NCBI GenBank assembly: GCA_963734525.1
Contig: CAVTHI010000009.1
Location: 3,429-67,428, forward strand
Source of the DNA: an uncultured archaeon
GTDB taxonomy: Archaea; Micrarchaeota; Micrarchaeia; Anstonellales; Bilamarchaeaceae
DNA: 64,000 bases
Reading direction: 5' to 3'
Under the pieces are notes generated by a model. It saw nothing but the letters and a program-made list of their open reading frames with translations. It did no database searches and was not told where the DNA came from. Positions 55,571-64,000 of this stretch are shown piece after piece; positions within the stretch are counted from its first letter, which is position 1, and each line of letters starts with the position of its first letter. The translations under genes and the position numbers were made by a program.

Positions 55571-57719
55571 ATGCCTCCAGTCATGCTTAAAGTCGCTGAA
55601 GCGTTCCAGAACGATATCGGCCGCGGCATCGCGAGGATTGATTCCAAGGCCAAGAGCGAGCTGGGCGTCTCCACCGGCGACATCATCAGGCTCACCGGCA
55701 AGAAGGCGGCGCTCGCTATTGTCTGGCAGGCGCACCCGGACGACGAGGGCCTGGACATGATAAGGATGGACGGCATCCTCAGGCAGAACGTCGGCGTCGG
55801 CCTGGGCGAGAAGGTGACGCATCGAGCAAATCCAGCGAAAGCCGCGAAGAAGGTGGTGCTCGCGCCGCAGGAGCCGGTCCGCTATTCGGTGGGGTTCGAC
55901 CAGTATGTCAAGAAGAGGCTGATCGGCAAGGCGGTCCTCAAGGGCAACCTGCTACCGGTGGGCATATTCGGGACGTCGATCCCGCTTGTCGTCGCGCAGG
56001 TGTTCCCGCAGGGCCCGGTCATGATAAACGAGGAGACCGAGGTCAAAATCAACAAGGAGCCGATCAAGGAAATCAAGAACGTCCCGAACATCACATACGA
56101 CGATGTCGGCGGCCTGAAGGACACGATACAGAAGGTCCGGGAGATGATCGAGCTTCCGCTCCGCCACCCGGAGATTTTCGAGCGCCTGGGAATCGACCCG
56201 CCGAAGGGCATCCTGCTCTACGGCGCGCCCGGGACCGGCAAGACCCTGCTCGCCAAGGCCGTCGCAAACGAGTCCGACGCCAACTTCTACTACGTCGGCG
56301 GCCCGGAAATCATCAGCAAGTACGTCGGGGAAAGCGAGGAGAGGCTGAGGAAGCTGTTCGCCGAGGCGCAGGAGAACGCGCCGTCCATAATATTCATCGA
56401 TGAAATCGACGCCATCGCGCCGAAACGGGAGGAGGTCACGGGAGAAGTCGAGAAACGGATGGTCTCCGCAGCTCCTCACAATAATGGACGGCCTGAAAGC
56501 CAGGGGCGAGGTCATAGTAATCGGCGCGACGAACAGGCCGGATTCGATAGACCAGGCACTCAGAAGGCCGGGCAGGTTCGACCGCGAAATCGAAATCGGC
56601 GTGCCGGACAAGAAGGACAGGAGGGAAATCCTCAACATCCATGTGCGGAACATGCCGCTCGAAAAGGACGTCGATTTGGCGCAGGTCGCGAACATCACGC
56701 ACGGATACACGGGCGCGGACCTCTCGCTTCTCACCAAGGAGGCCGCCATAAAGGCGCTCCGCCGCGTGCTTCCGATAATAAACATCGAGGAGGAGACGCT
56801 ATCGCCGCAGGTGCTGGAGAAAATCATCGTCATGAAGGACGACTTCTTCAACGCCATGCACGAAATCCAGCCTTCGGCGCTCCGCGAGGTGTACGTCGAG
56901 CGCCCGACCGTTAAATGGAACGACATCGGAGGGCTCGAGGAAATCAAGCGCGAAATCCAGGAAGCCGTCGAGCTCCCGCTGAACAAGCCGGAGGTCTTCG
57001 AGAAGATGGGCATCCGCCCGATAAAGGGCATCCTGATGTACGGGCCGCCAGGGACCGGGAAGACGCTCCTTGCAAAGGCCGTCGCGAACGAGAGCGAGGC
57101 GAACTTCATATCAATAAGCGGCGCGCAGGTGCTGACCAAATACGTCGGCGAATCCGAGAAGATGGTCCGCGAGATATTCAAGAAGGCCAGGATGGCCGCG
57201 CCGTGCGTGCTTTTCATAGATGAAATCGACGCGATAGCGATGCGCAGGAGCGGGAGGGGCGAATCCGGAACCCTCGTCATGGAGCGCGTCGTGGACACCC
57301 TGCTCACCGAGATGGACGGGCTCCGCAGCCTGAAGAACGTAGTTGTAATAGCCGCGACGAACAGGCCGGACATGCTGGACCCGGCGCTCATGCGCGCGGG
57401 CAGGTTCGACCGGCTCGTGGAAATCACAGCCCCGGACGAGCGTGCCCGGCTCGAGATATTCAAGATTTGCACGTCGAAAATGCCCCTCGACAAGGAGGTC
57501 AGCCTCAAGGACCTGTCCCGGCTCACGGAAGGGTACACGGGCGCGGACATCGACAACCTTGTCCGGGAGGCCGGCATGAGCGCCATCCGGGACGGGGCGA
57601 AGAAGGTCACGCCGAGGCATTTCGAGCTGTCGTTCAAGAACATCGTGCCGAGCGTGAAGAAGGAGGACGTGGAAAGCGTCCAGAAATTCAAGATGGCGGC
57701 CGCGACGATGTACAGGTGA
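55571..57719 (+). pseudogene. cdc48: Cdc48/VCP-type double AAA+ ATPase with a 1-nt frameshift near 56,466-56,468 (or a consensus error)
   Basis: N-domain (GIARIDSKAKSELGVSTGDIIRLTG). D1 Walker A GAPGTGKTLLAKAV and [12 protein letters not shown]. ..GEVEKRMVS then switches frame to [24 protein letters not shown]. The second AAA module (GPPGTGKTLLAKAV) is intact. Confidence 0.9.
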
Positions 57720-57786
57720 GCGGAATGGGCTTGCGGCATCCGATGGCTGATGCGTGGAACCGAGGGCGCGCGTGTTTGGTGGTCTG

Positions 57787-58167
57787 ATGAGAATCGCGAT
57801 ATTCTTCAAGCTGATGATTGCGTCGATATGCATCTCGCTGCTGGCATTCGCCCTCGTCCCGGGCGTCGGGATAATCGAGGCGCTCAAGCTGCTTGCCCTC
57901 AGCACGGTCATCAGCATAGCCGTTACGGCGTTCTATCCGGACATCCGGGGAATCAAGGCCGGCGACACGGTGTCGGTCGTCAACGATTCGAACATCCCGA
58001 GCATCATCGGGAGGATGGGCATCGCGGCCGCATCAGGCAGGAAGAACGGGCAAATCAAGATAACGCTTTCGAACGGGAACGAGGTAATCGGCGTGGTGGA
58101 GAGCTACGTCGGGCTTATAAGCCCCCCTAAGATAAGGATATTATACGAAGAGAAGCTGGTGGAATAG
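57787..58167 (+). CDS. Small membrane protein (2 TM plus a beta-rich soluble domain, NfeD-like?)
   Basis: MRIAIFFKLMIASICISLLAFAL... followed by IKAGDTVSVV...GQIKITLSNGNEVIGVVES. Precedes the M50 protease. Confidence 0.45.
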   Translation: MRIAIFFKLMIASICISLLAFALVPGVGIIEALKLLALSTVISIAVTAFYPDIRGIKAGDTVSVVNDSNIPSIIGRMGIAAASGRKNGQIKITLSNGNEVIGVVESYVGLISPPKIRILYEEKLVE

Positions 58168-58896
58168 TTGTACGGATTATACCTGGAGAAGGACGAGGTC
58201 GTGCAGATAACCATCAGCGTGCTCGCCATATCGCTGGCCCTCGGCATAGTGTTCGCGGGCGCGGAGGGGATGCTCGCGTATCCGCGCGAGTTCCTGTTCT
58301 TCCTCGCCCCGCTCATCGTCACCGTCGGAAGCGGGTTCATCCTGCATGAGATGGCGCACAAGCTCGTCGCCATCTACTACGGCGCGGAGGCGAAATTCCG
58401 GATGTGGACTCAAGGCCTCCTTTTCATGCTGGCGACATCGTTCTTCGGGATACTTTTCGCCGCCCCGGGCGCGGTTTATATCTATTCGAATAAAATCAAC
58501 AAGAGGCAGAACGGCATCATCTCGATAGCCGGGCCCGCGCTCAACGTCGTGCTGATGTTCTTCTTCCTGGCGCTCGAATTCCTCGCGCCGATACGGCAGT
58601 TCTTCAGCTTCCTGCTGTTTTCGGGCGCGGACTTCGCGCCGTTCGGGATAGGCGCCGGGGTGCTCAGCGTGTGGAGGTTCGGCGCGGCGATGAACATCAT
58701 GCTCGGGCTCTTCAACATGATACCGGCGTTCCCCCTGGACGGGAGCAAGGTCTTCGCCTGGAACAAGCTGATATGGTTCGGCGCGGTCTCGTTCCTCCTC
58801 ATCCTCGGCGCCGTGGTCATAAGCCCGGGGATAGTCATAGGGTGGGGCATAATGCTGCTCCTGTTCGGCGTGCTCTCGAAGCTGCTTTTCGGATGA
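58168..58896 (+). CDS. Site-2 protease family (M50) intramembrane metalloprotease
   Basis: HEMAHK (HExxH) within a TM helix and NMIPAFPLDGSKV (NxxPxxxLDG). TTG start immediately after the upstream stop. Confidence 0.8.
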   Translation: MYGLYLEKDEVVQITISVLAISLALGIVFAGAEGMLAYPREFLFFLAPLIVTVGSGFILHEMAHKLVAIYYGAEAKFRMWTQGLLFMLATSFFGILFAAPGAVYIYSNKINKRQNGIISIAGPALNVVLMFFFLALEFLAPIRQFFSFLLFSGADFAPFGIGAGVLSVWRFGAAMNIMLGLFNMIPAFPLDGSKVFAWNKLIWFGAVSFLLILGAVVISPGIVIGWGIMLLLFGVLSKLLFG

Positions 58897-58900
58897 TTGC

Positions 58901-59461
58901 ATGCGGGGCGCAGAGGCCGTTTTGACGAAAAAGAGCCTTCTTGGGGGGGCCTGCGTCGTGAAGGCCAGGATGGTCAAGGGATACAGGGCCAGGGAGCTGG
59001 ACGAGAAACTGCGCCAGGAAAGGACGAGAAGCGAGGCCAGGCTCCTGCACAAGGCGAAGCTGGCCGGCGTGATGTGCCCGACAGTCCTTGAGATTGACGA
59101 TTTTTCTATTACGATGGGTTTTATTGACGGCGAGCGCCCTGTGATGGGCGCAGCCGAGGCAAGGGAAGCCGGCAAAATCCTTGCGAAGCTGCACGCTGCG
59201 GACATTATTCACGGGGACTACACCCCGGCCAACCTGATTCTGGAAAGCGGCGGGCGCAGGATGTTCGTCATAGACTTCGGACTCGGGTTCGTATCGAACG
59301 ATATCGAGGACAAGGCGGTCGACGTGTTCACCATGATGCGGGCCATCGGCAAGGACGGGAAGCAGGACGCGTTCATCAGCGGCTATTCAGACTACGCCAA
59401 ATCGAAGTCCGTCCTCACCCGCGTGAAGGACGTCGAGAAGAGGGTCAGGTACGCTTTCTGA
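58901..59461 (+). CDS. bud32: KEOPS kinase/ATPase Bud32 (PRPK)
   Basis: 186-aa minimal kinase with ..RTRSEARLLHKAK.., IIHGDYTPANLIL and VIDFGLG. Confidence 0.75.
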   Translation: MRGAEAVLTKKSLLGGACVVKARMVKGYRARELDEKLRQERTRSEARLLHKAKLAGVMCPTVLEIDDFSITMGFIDGERPVMGAAEAREAGKILAKLHAADIIHGDYTPANLILESGGRRMFVIDFGLGFVSNDIEDKAVDVFTMMRAIGKDGKQDAFISGYSDYAKSKSVLTRVKDVEKRVRYAF

Positions 59462-59511
59462 GGCATCTCCGGGTATTATACATATTAAACCGTTTCCTGC
59501 GAATATAATCC

Positions 59512-60246
59512 ATGGATGAGAGGCAGAGGGGCGCGATAGTCAATGCCGTCCAGGCGGCAGGGAAATACCTTCGCGACTCGAACGGCAACAAGAAGACTCC
59601 TTATGAGCTCGAGAAACGGGCGCGTGAAATCATGCTCAGGGGGCTGCGCTCCGAGATGCCCCAAATCAGCGTTTATGGCGAGGACGCGGAAGGCCGCAGC
59701 GCGATAGCGCTATGCCCTCTCGATGCGCAGGTCAATTTCGAGCGCGGCGTGGGCCCCTACGGGTCGATGGCTGCAATTATCGAGGGCGGCGCGGCCGTTT
59801 TCGGCGCGCTGTACCTTCCTGAATCGGACGAAATGCTCGTTGCCGAGGAAGGGAAGGGGGCAAGGCTGAACGGGAAGAAGGTCGAATTAAACGGGAGGCG
59901 CACCCTCTCAAGGGCGCTTGTATGCTGCGGATGCAACATCTACAACGAGGAGCTGGTCCCGCTAAGCATGGGCACGATAGAGGCCCTCGCAAGGAATGCC
60001 ATAATTTGGAGGAACCTCGGCTCCCCGGTGGCAGAGTTCATATATCTCGCCACGGGGAGGATTGATGGCCTGGTCGTGCCGATGCTGGAGACCGCCCATG
60101 CCGCGGGATACCTCGCAATGCAGGAAGCCGGGGCGGTCGTGAGCGGCACGGACGGCAAGCCTTATACGCTCCGCTCTGCGGGCATCATCGCCGCCGGCCC
60201 GTTCCTCCACCAGGACCTTTACGAGCTGCTGAAGGACTCGCTTTAG
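59512..60246 (+). CDS. Inositol monophosphatase / FBPase (SuhB) family protein, divergent
   Basis: YGED..., CPLDAQVNFERG (compare DPIDGT.NF), and WRNLGSPVAEFIYLATGRIDG. The metal-site motifs are partly degenerate. Confidence 0.55.
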   Translation: MDERQRGAIVNAVQAAGKYLRDSNGNKKTPYELEKRAREIMLRGLRSEMPQISVYGEDAEGRSAIALCPLDAQVNFERGVGPYGSMAAIIEGGAAVFGALYLPESDEMLVAEEGKGARLNGKKVELNGRRTLSRALVCCGCNIYNEELVPLSMGTIEALARNAIIWRNLGSPVAEFIYLATGRIDGLVVPMLETAHAAGYLAMQEAGAVVSGTDGKPYTLRSAGIIAAGPFLHQDLYELLKDSL

Positions 60247-61454
60247 CCTGCGCCTGCACCATCATTGGGGCCGGCAATTTCGGCTTGGCCAAGGGCCGCC
60301 CTGATGCCTTCAAGCACCTTTTCGAAGAACCCGTCCGGTATCGTCTTGCCGCATTTGGGGGGGCAGCCGACGTTCATCATGCCGCCGAACCGGCGGAGGT
60401 TCTCGCTTTGCGCCCATATTTCCGCAAGGCTCTGCGTTTTCAGGCTTCCTTGGATGCTTACGTCGTCGCCGGGGCACCTCAAGGCGAGCCCGTCCCTCCG
60501 CACGAACATGCCGTGCCCGACCTGCTGGCATGGGCGGACGCCCACATAGGGGCTGACGCCTTCGCGCTCGATGTCCGGAAGGGCGTAGATGCCGTTCCGG
60601 ATTGCCCAGGCATTTATCCTCACGTACAGGCTGACGAGCTCGGCCTCGCTTGGGTTGATGGCGTTGAAGACCGAGGCGTCCCTGCAGGAGCCTGAAACCA
60701 TCGTGGGCGACGAAATGATGTACATGTGCCTCCTTCTGGCCCAGACGTGGATGTCGAAAATCTCGTCGTAATTGCTCCTCAATATCGGATTGACTATGAG
60801 TGAGAGCCTCGTCGGTTCGCCGGGGATGAAATCATTGTAACCGATGCCCGCGAGAAGCTCCATGGCGCGGTTGCGCACGGCAGGGTAGCCGCTTCGCCCG
60901 ACTATCCCGGCCTGCGTCTGCGGGTGGAACGAGTTGGCGCCGAAGAGTATCGTGGCCCCGAAGTCGTCCCTCAGCCGTATTGCCAGCTCCTCGCTCGACA
61001 GGCCGTGAATCTTCTTCGAAAGGCGCTCGTCCCCGAGGGCGGTGGCCTTCGTGAATATTAGCGGGGTTATGTCGCGCTTTGCAAGGTAATCGAGGAAATG
61101 GAGCAATGTCTTGTCTTCGAGCGGTTCCCCAGGGCCGATTATCTTGATTGAGCGCAGGCCGAGGGCCTTGCCCTCGTCCACGACGCGCAGTACATCGGAG
61201 TCGGTCAGAAGCATGTTCCGGACCTGCATCAGCTTCGCGGTGGGGTTGAAGCAGTGCGCGCAGCGCAGGCTGCAGCTCGCGCTGCCAGTCATGTCCAAAT
61301 CTATAGAGAGCATCCGCCCCGCCTGCGCGGATTCTGTAAGCACGGATTGGGGGAAATTCCAGCCCTTCACGTCATTAACGTGGCCTGCTGGAAAGCGTCC
61401 GGGGAATTTCACATCAACTTTCGGGAAATCCAGTTTCTTCTGTAGTGGTTGCAT
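60243..61454 (-). CDS. Radical SAM protein with a Cys-rich (SPASM-like) C-terminal region
   Basis: CSLRCAHCF (CxxxCxxC) plus C-terminal ..CQQVGHG..LRCPGD..VGCPPKCG. Its stop overlaps the convergent IMPase stop by 4 nt. Confidence 0.7.
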   Translation of the reverse strand: MQPLQKKLDFPKVDVKFPGRFPAGHVNDVKGWNFPQSVLTESAQAGRMLSIDLDMTGSASCSLRCAHCFNPTAKLMQVRNMLLTDSDVLRVVDEGKALGLRSIKIIGPGEPLEDKTLLHFLDYLAKRDITPLIFTKATALGDERLSKKIHGLSSEELAIRLRDDFGATILFGANSFHPQTQAGIVGRSGYPAVRNRAMELLAGIGYNDFIPGEPTRLSLIVNPILRSNYDEIFDIHVWARRRHMYIISSPTMVSGSCRDASVFNAINPSEAELVSLYVRINAWAIRNGIYALPDIEREGVSPYVGVRPCQQVGHGMFVRRDGLALRCPGDDVSIQGSLKTQSLAEIWAQSENLRRFGGMMNVGCPPKCGKTIPDGFFEKVLEGIRAALGQAEIAGPNDGAGAG

Positions 61455-61566
61455 GAAGTAATTAGTGTAATAAGCGCGATATTACGCTAATCCTTGTCCA
61501 GGCAAGCGGTTATGTGTTTTTTCTGACGTGGCTGGCGCTGGGAAGATAACCTTCAGACGCGGAAGA

Positions 61567-62271
61567 CTAGTTCTGAAGCTCTATTATTTTCGCGATTGCC
61601 GGCATGAGCTTGCGCTCGGCCTTGCGGAGCAGCTCTCCGGCCGCGGCCTCGCTGATGCCCATCTGTCGGCCGATTTTCTCCAGCGACGTCCGCTTGGGGA
61701 TGTCGTAATAATCGAGGCTGCCGGCCAGGCGAAGGGCTTCGGCCTGCCTTTTCGTGAGGAGGTCGGCCGCGGACACGAACTCCATGAACCCGCTCTTGAT
61801 CAGGCTGTCCGGGCGCACGCGCTCGTCCTCCTTCAGGAAGTGCTTCGATGCGACCTTCACGTTATAGCTGTTCTTCAGCGAATCGAGGAAGGATTTCAGG
61901 GAGTCGAATGAAGGCGCGAACAGGTGCGCCTTCTCGATGCCTTCAGAATAGACGGGGTTCGAGAGGAACGCGCAGCCGGAGCTCTTCAATGCGTATTTCG
62001 TGGATGCGTCGTTCTTCGTGACCGTGATTATCTCGGAAGACCCCTTGCCCCGCCTCACAACCCTGACATCGAACGTGGTGTGGTGGGCCCGCAGGGATTT
62101 GATTAACTTCGGGACATCGGGCCCGGACACGTTGAAGAAGTGGCTGATTGCCTTGCCCCGCTCCCCGAGCTCGGCAAGGTAGCGGATGGAAGTGTCCGGG
62201 TGGCGCTCCGGGACGTCCGAGCAGATGCAGTCGTGGTTGTATTCTATCGTCGCGATGAGGGGCCTTGCCAT
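61567..62271 (-). CDS. HTH_10 (Bat / bacterio-opsin-activator-type) transcriptional regulator
   Basis: C-terminal LTKRQAEALRLAGSLDYYDIPKRTSLEKIGRQMGISEAAAGELLRKAERKL. TATA TTTATAAA at 62295-62302, ~27 nt upstream of the start. Confidence 0.7.
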   Translation of the reverse strand: MARPLIATIEYNHDCICSDVPERHPDTSIRYLAELGERGKAISHFFNVSGPDVPKLIKSLRAHHTTFDVRVVRRGKGSSEIITVTKNDASTKYALKSSGCAFLSNPVYSEGIEKAHLFAPSFDSLKSFLDSLKNSYNVKVASKHFLKEDERVRPDSLIKSGFMEFVSAADLLTKRQAEALRLAGSLDYYDIPKRTSLEKIGRQMGISEAAAGELLRKAERKLMPAIAKIIELQN

Positions 62272-62397
62272 AGGTAATAATATGGCTGAAAGTGTTTATA
62301 AAGTTGTCTTTTATGGAAAATCGTATATATTGGGGAACTTGTGAGGTGAGAGCGGATGCGCGGGCCGAACTGGAAACCCAAAACCCATGAGTTATGC

Positions 62398-62404
62398 TTA
62401 TAAA
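62398..62404 (+). promoter_or_regulatory. TATA box TTATAAA, ~26 nt upstream of the predicted SRP RNA 5' end
   Basis: GCTTATAAAGAAC lies at the canonical distance from GGGCUAGAG... Confidence 0.5.
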
Positions 62405-62426
62405 GAACGTCGGTGGAATAGCATAC

Positions 62427-62685
62427 GGGCTAGAGGGGGGCCAGGGGTCCCCGCACCGCAAGTCCCCTTAGGCGGCTCGAATGCCCGGGGCGTTTTGTCT
62501 TGTATGCATGCCCTTATTCCCAAGCGTTGACGTCCTGCCTTATATGGCGGAACAACATGTGAACCGGGTCAGGCCGGAAGGAGCAGCCCTAAGCGTTTTG
62601 TGCCGTGCTTGTAAGATTCAGGACCGAGTGTAGGGTCTGAGGCTCCTTGCATATCTGCCATTGCTAACCGGGATGCCCACTTTCC
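62427..62685 (+). ncRNA. ffs: Signal recognition particle RNA (7S); the 3' boundary is approximate
   Basis: Helix-8 signature GAACCGGGUCAGGCCGGAAGGAGCAGCCCUAAG at 62561-62593. Alu-domain hairpins with complementary loops (..CCAGGGG.. and ..GUCCCCU..). A 10-bp helix-5 closing stem pairs 62488-62497 with 62669-62678. Confidence 0.8.
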
Positions 62686-62756
62686 ATTAGTTCCCAGTTC
62701 CGTATCTTGTGTTCAACCTCACGGAAAGTGGGCTGATTTGACCGACCGGAGGGAGG

Positions 62757-63764
62757 TCAAACTGGAAGCCCACTTCTCATTATACAAAGAATCGTGAATG
62801 CTGATAGGAGAATCATTCCGGCGCAGGTTCCTGATTGCGCTTCCTCCCCCGTTCCGCCGCTTTCGTTACCTGTAGCGTTCGTCAGGTTCGTCGCATTTGT
62901 CTGGTTGATTTCGTTGGCGGGGTTCAGGATTGGCGGCTCGGGCGGGAGCGGCTTTATTTCGCAAGTGTTGTTAGCGCAGAACATGTTTTCATTCCCGCAA
63001 TCGGCATCCTCGCAGCAACCATACGCCACCCACGTGTGGTTTTCGGGATAGCCGCAAACGCCCGTGACATTTTCGCAATCGCCGGAAGGCCCGCAGAACT
63101 CGAAACCATCGCAATCCGAACTCGAAACGCATTCCGGGGGCGGGAGGCACCTCGCATCGAAATAGAACTCCCGGCCCGTGTAGTTCGCGCGCTCTGCGCG
63201 GATGAATATGAAATCCTTCTCGAACGGGATGGAAACGAGCCCGCTTTTCCCGGTGAACGATGACCAGTTCCCGGCGAGGATGAACACGCCTTCGAGGGGC
63301 GAGCCGGTCGCATTCGCGCGGGCGGTGATGGACAGCCGCATGGCATCGCAGTCCGGCTCGACCGAGACGTCCATCTGCTTCGGTGGCGGGGGCGGGCACA
63401 TGCGAGGATAATCGAATTCCACGTATTTCTCGTGCTCGTAGAGGCCGGTGTTCATATATACGCGGTAGCTCCCGTTTTTCGTGAGTTCAACGGACGCCAG
63501 GCCGTCCTTGTCGGTATGTTGGATTGCGCGGAGGCCCTGGTAGGGCAGGTAAAGCACGAGGCGCAGCTCGACATCGGGTGCGGGAAGGCCGTCCGATGCC
63601 GTGGTGTTCATGAGGAGCATGTTGCCGGGGCAGGAAGAGGTCAGGCTCAGGGAAAGATAGCGGGTGATGTTCGCTTCAGCCGCCATCGCCGTCGTGGACG
63701 ATAGCAGGAAAAAAAGTAGCGAGAGGGGCAGGATTCCCCTTGGACATCCCATAGGGATTACCAT
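62757..63764 (-). CDS. Secreted Cys-rich surface protein with a C-terminal TM anchor
   Basis: Signal peptide ..LLFFLLSSTTAMAA, two beta-rich (carboxypeptidase-regulatory-like) modules, the cluster CVSSSDCDGFEFCGPSGDCENVTGVCG..CCEDADCGNENMFCANNTC, an N-x-T-rich stalk and a C-terminal TM. Confidence 0.6.
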   Translation of the reverse strand: MVIPMGCPRGILPLSLLFFLLSSTTAMAAEANITRYLSLSLTSSCPGNMLLMNTTASDGLPAPDVELRLVLYLPYQGLRAIQHTDKDGLASVELTKNGSYRVYMNTGLYEHEKYVEFDYPRMCPPPPPKQMDVSVEPDCDAMRLSITARANATGSPLEGVFILAGNWSSFTGKSGLVSIPFEKDFIFIRAERANYTGREFYFDARCLPPPECVSSSDCDGFEFCGPSGDCENVTGVCGYPENHTWVAYGCCEDADCGNENMFCANNTCEIKPLPPEPPILNPANEINQTNATNLTNATGNESGGTGEEAQSGTCAGMILLSAFTILCIMRSGLPV

Positions 63765-64000
63765 GAGAGGTCCTGCGGATTGACGCCAAGCTGCCTGCAG
63801 ACTTCGGTGAATACCTGGCGGGAGTCCGTATATTCCCGGTTGCCCACCTTGAAGCGCTGGAATATGTCTTGGTAGTCTCGGAGGAGGCTCTTGAGGTGCC
63901 CGGGGTCGTGGCTCGAGTGGTAGTCGCGCAAGAACGCCTCGACCCTCTGCCTGGGGCCCTGGACGAAGAACTGCACTTCGACCGGGCTCTGGGAATTCGG
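63758..64000 (-). CDS. Hypothetical protein, 3' part (the frame stays open to the window edge)
   Basis: ..VEAFLRDYHSSHDPGHLKSLLRDYQDIFQRF... There is no stop upstream within the window. No family recognised. Confidence 0.4.
   Translation of the reverse strand, partial: PNSQSPVEVQFFVQGPRQRVEAFLRDYHSSHDPGHLKSLLRDYQDIFQRFKVGNREYTDSRQVFTEVCRQLGVNPQDLSW

Noticed and set aside
43771-57739. Other large shadow ORFs (43771-44925 minus, 46018-46929 minus, 48810-49868 minus, 55952-57739 minus, 31477-32751 minus, 4975-6147 minus)
   Set aside because: They are antisense to confidently identified genes (ychF, trmI, MFS, cdc48, and the coiled-coil gene/S16 tail). Their composition is unnatural.
62303-62396. 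Small RNA or 15-codon ORF (ATGCGCGGGCCGAAC...) between the two TATA boxes upstream of the SRP RNA
   Set aside because: The TATA at 62295-62302 is better explained as the leaderless promoter of the minus-strand HTH_10 gene (27 nt from its ATG). The mini-ORF has no support.
1-64000. CRISPR arrays, rRNA genes, IS elements in the archaeal block
   Set aside because: No regularly spaced direct repeats, rRNA-like conserved stretches or transposase-like ORFs were found on reading through the window.

Overview
The window is not homogeneous. Nt 1 to ~2,590 carry a beta-helix repeat protein fragment and a frameshift-riddled large ORF of bacterial style. Nt ~2,590 to ~5,130 form a visibly lower-GC block with staggered minus-strand ORFs that do not look prokaryotic. 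From ~5,130 to 64,000 there is a dense, high-GC archaeal segment. That segment encodes Pcc1 (truncated at the break), prefoldin beta, PurA, ScpB, Fap7, Elp3, an EndA-like protein, RNase P Pop5, TrmI, YchF, Cdc48, Bud32, two intron-containing tRNAs and an SRP RNA. Many genes appear leaderless, with a TATA box ~26 nt upstream of the start codon. The gene content suggests a small-genome (DPANN-like) archaeon, but this is inference only. The most interesting locus is 12-29 kb. On the plus strand, six tandem, translationally coupled paralogous polytopic membrane proteins of no family I recognise are followed by a 1,312-aa Cys-rich lipoprotein-like giant and a triple zinc-ribbon protein. A type-I membrane protein operon that runs into PadR-Fap7-ScpB is transcribed divergently from them. 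Six conserved genes, and possibly a seventh, carry single frameshifts: GNAT, HerA, MarR, MFS, an OB-fold protein, Cdc48 and possibly an HExxH lipoprotein. This points to consensus errors or gene decay. No CRISPR array, rRNA, integrase or transposase was seen in the archaeal part. All calls come from reading the translations and sequence by eye; no searches were run.
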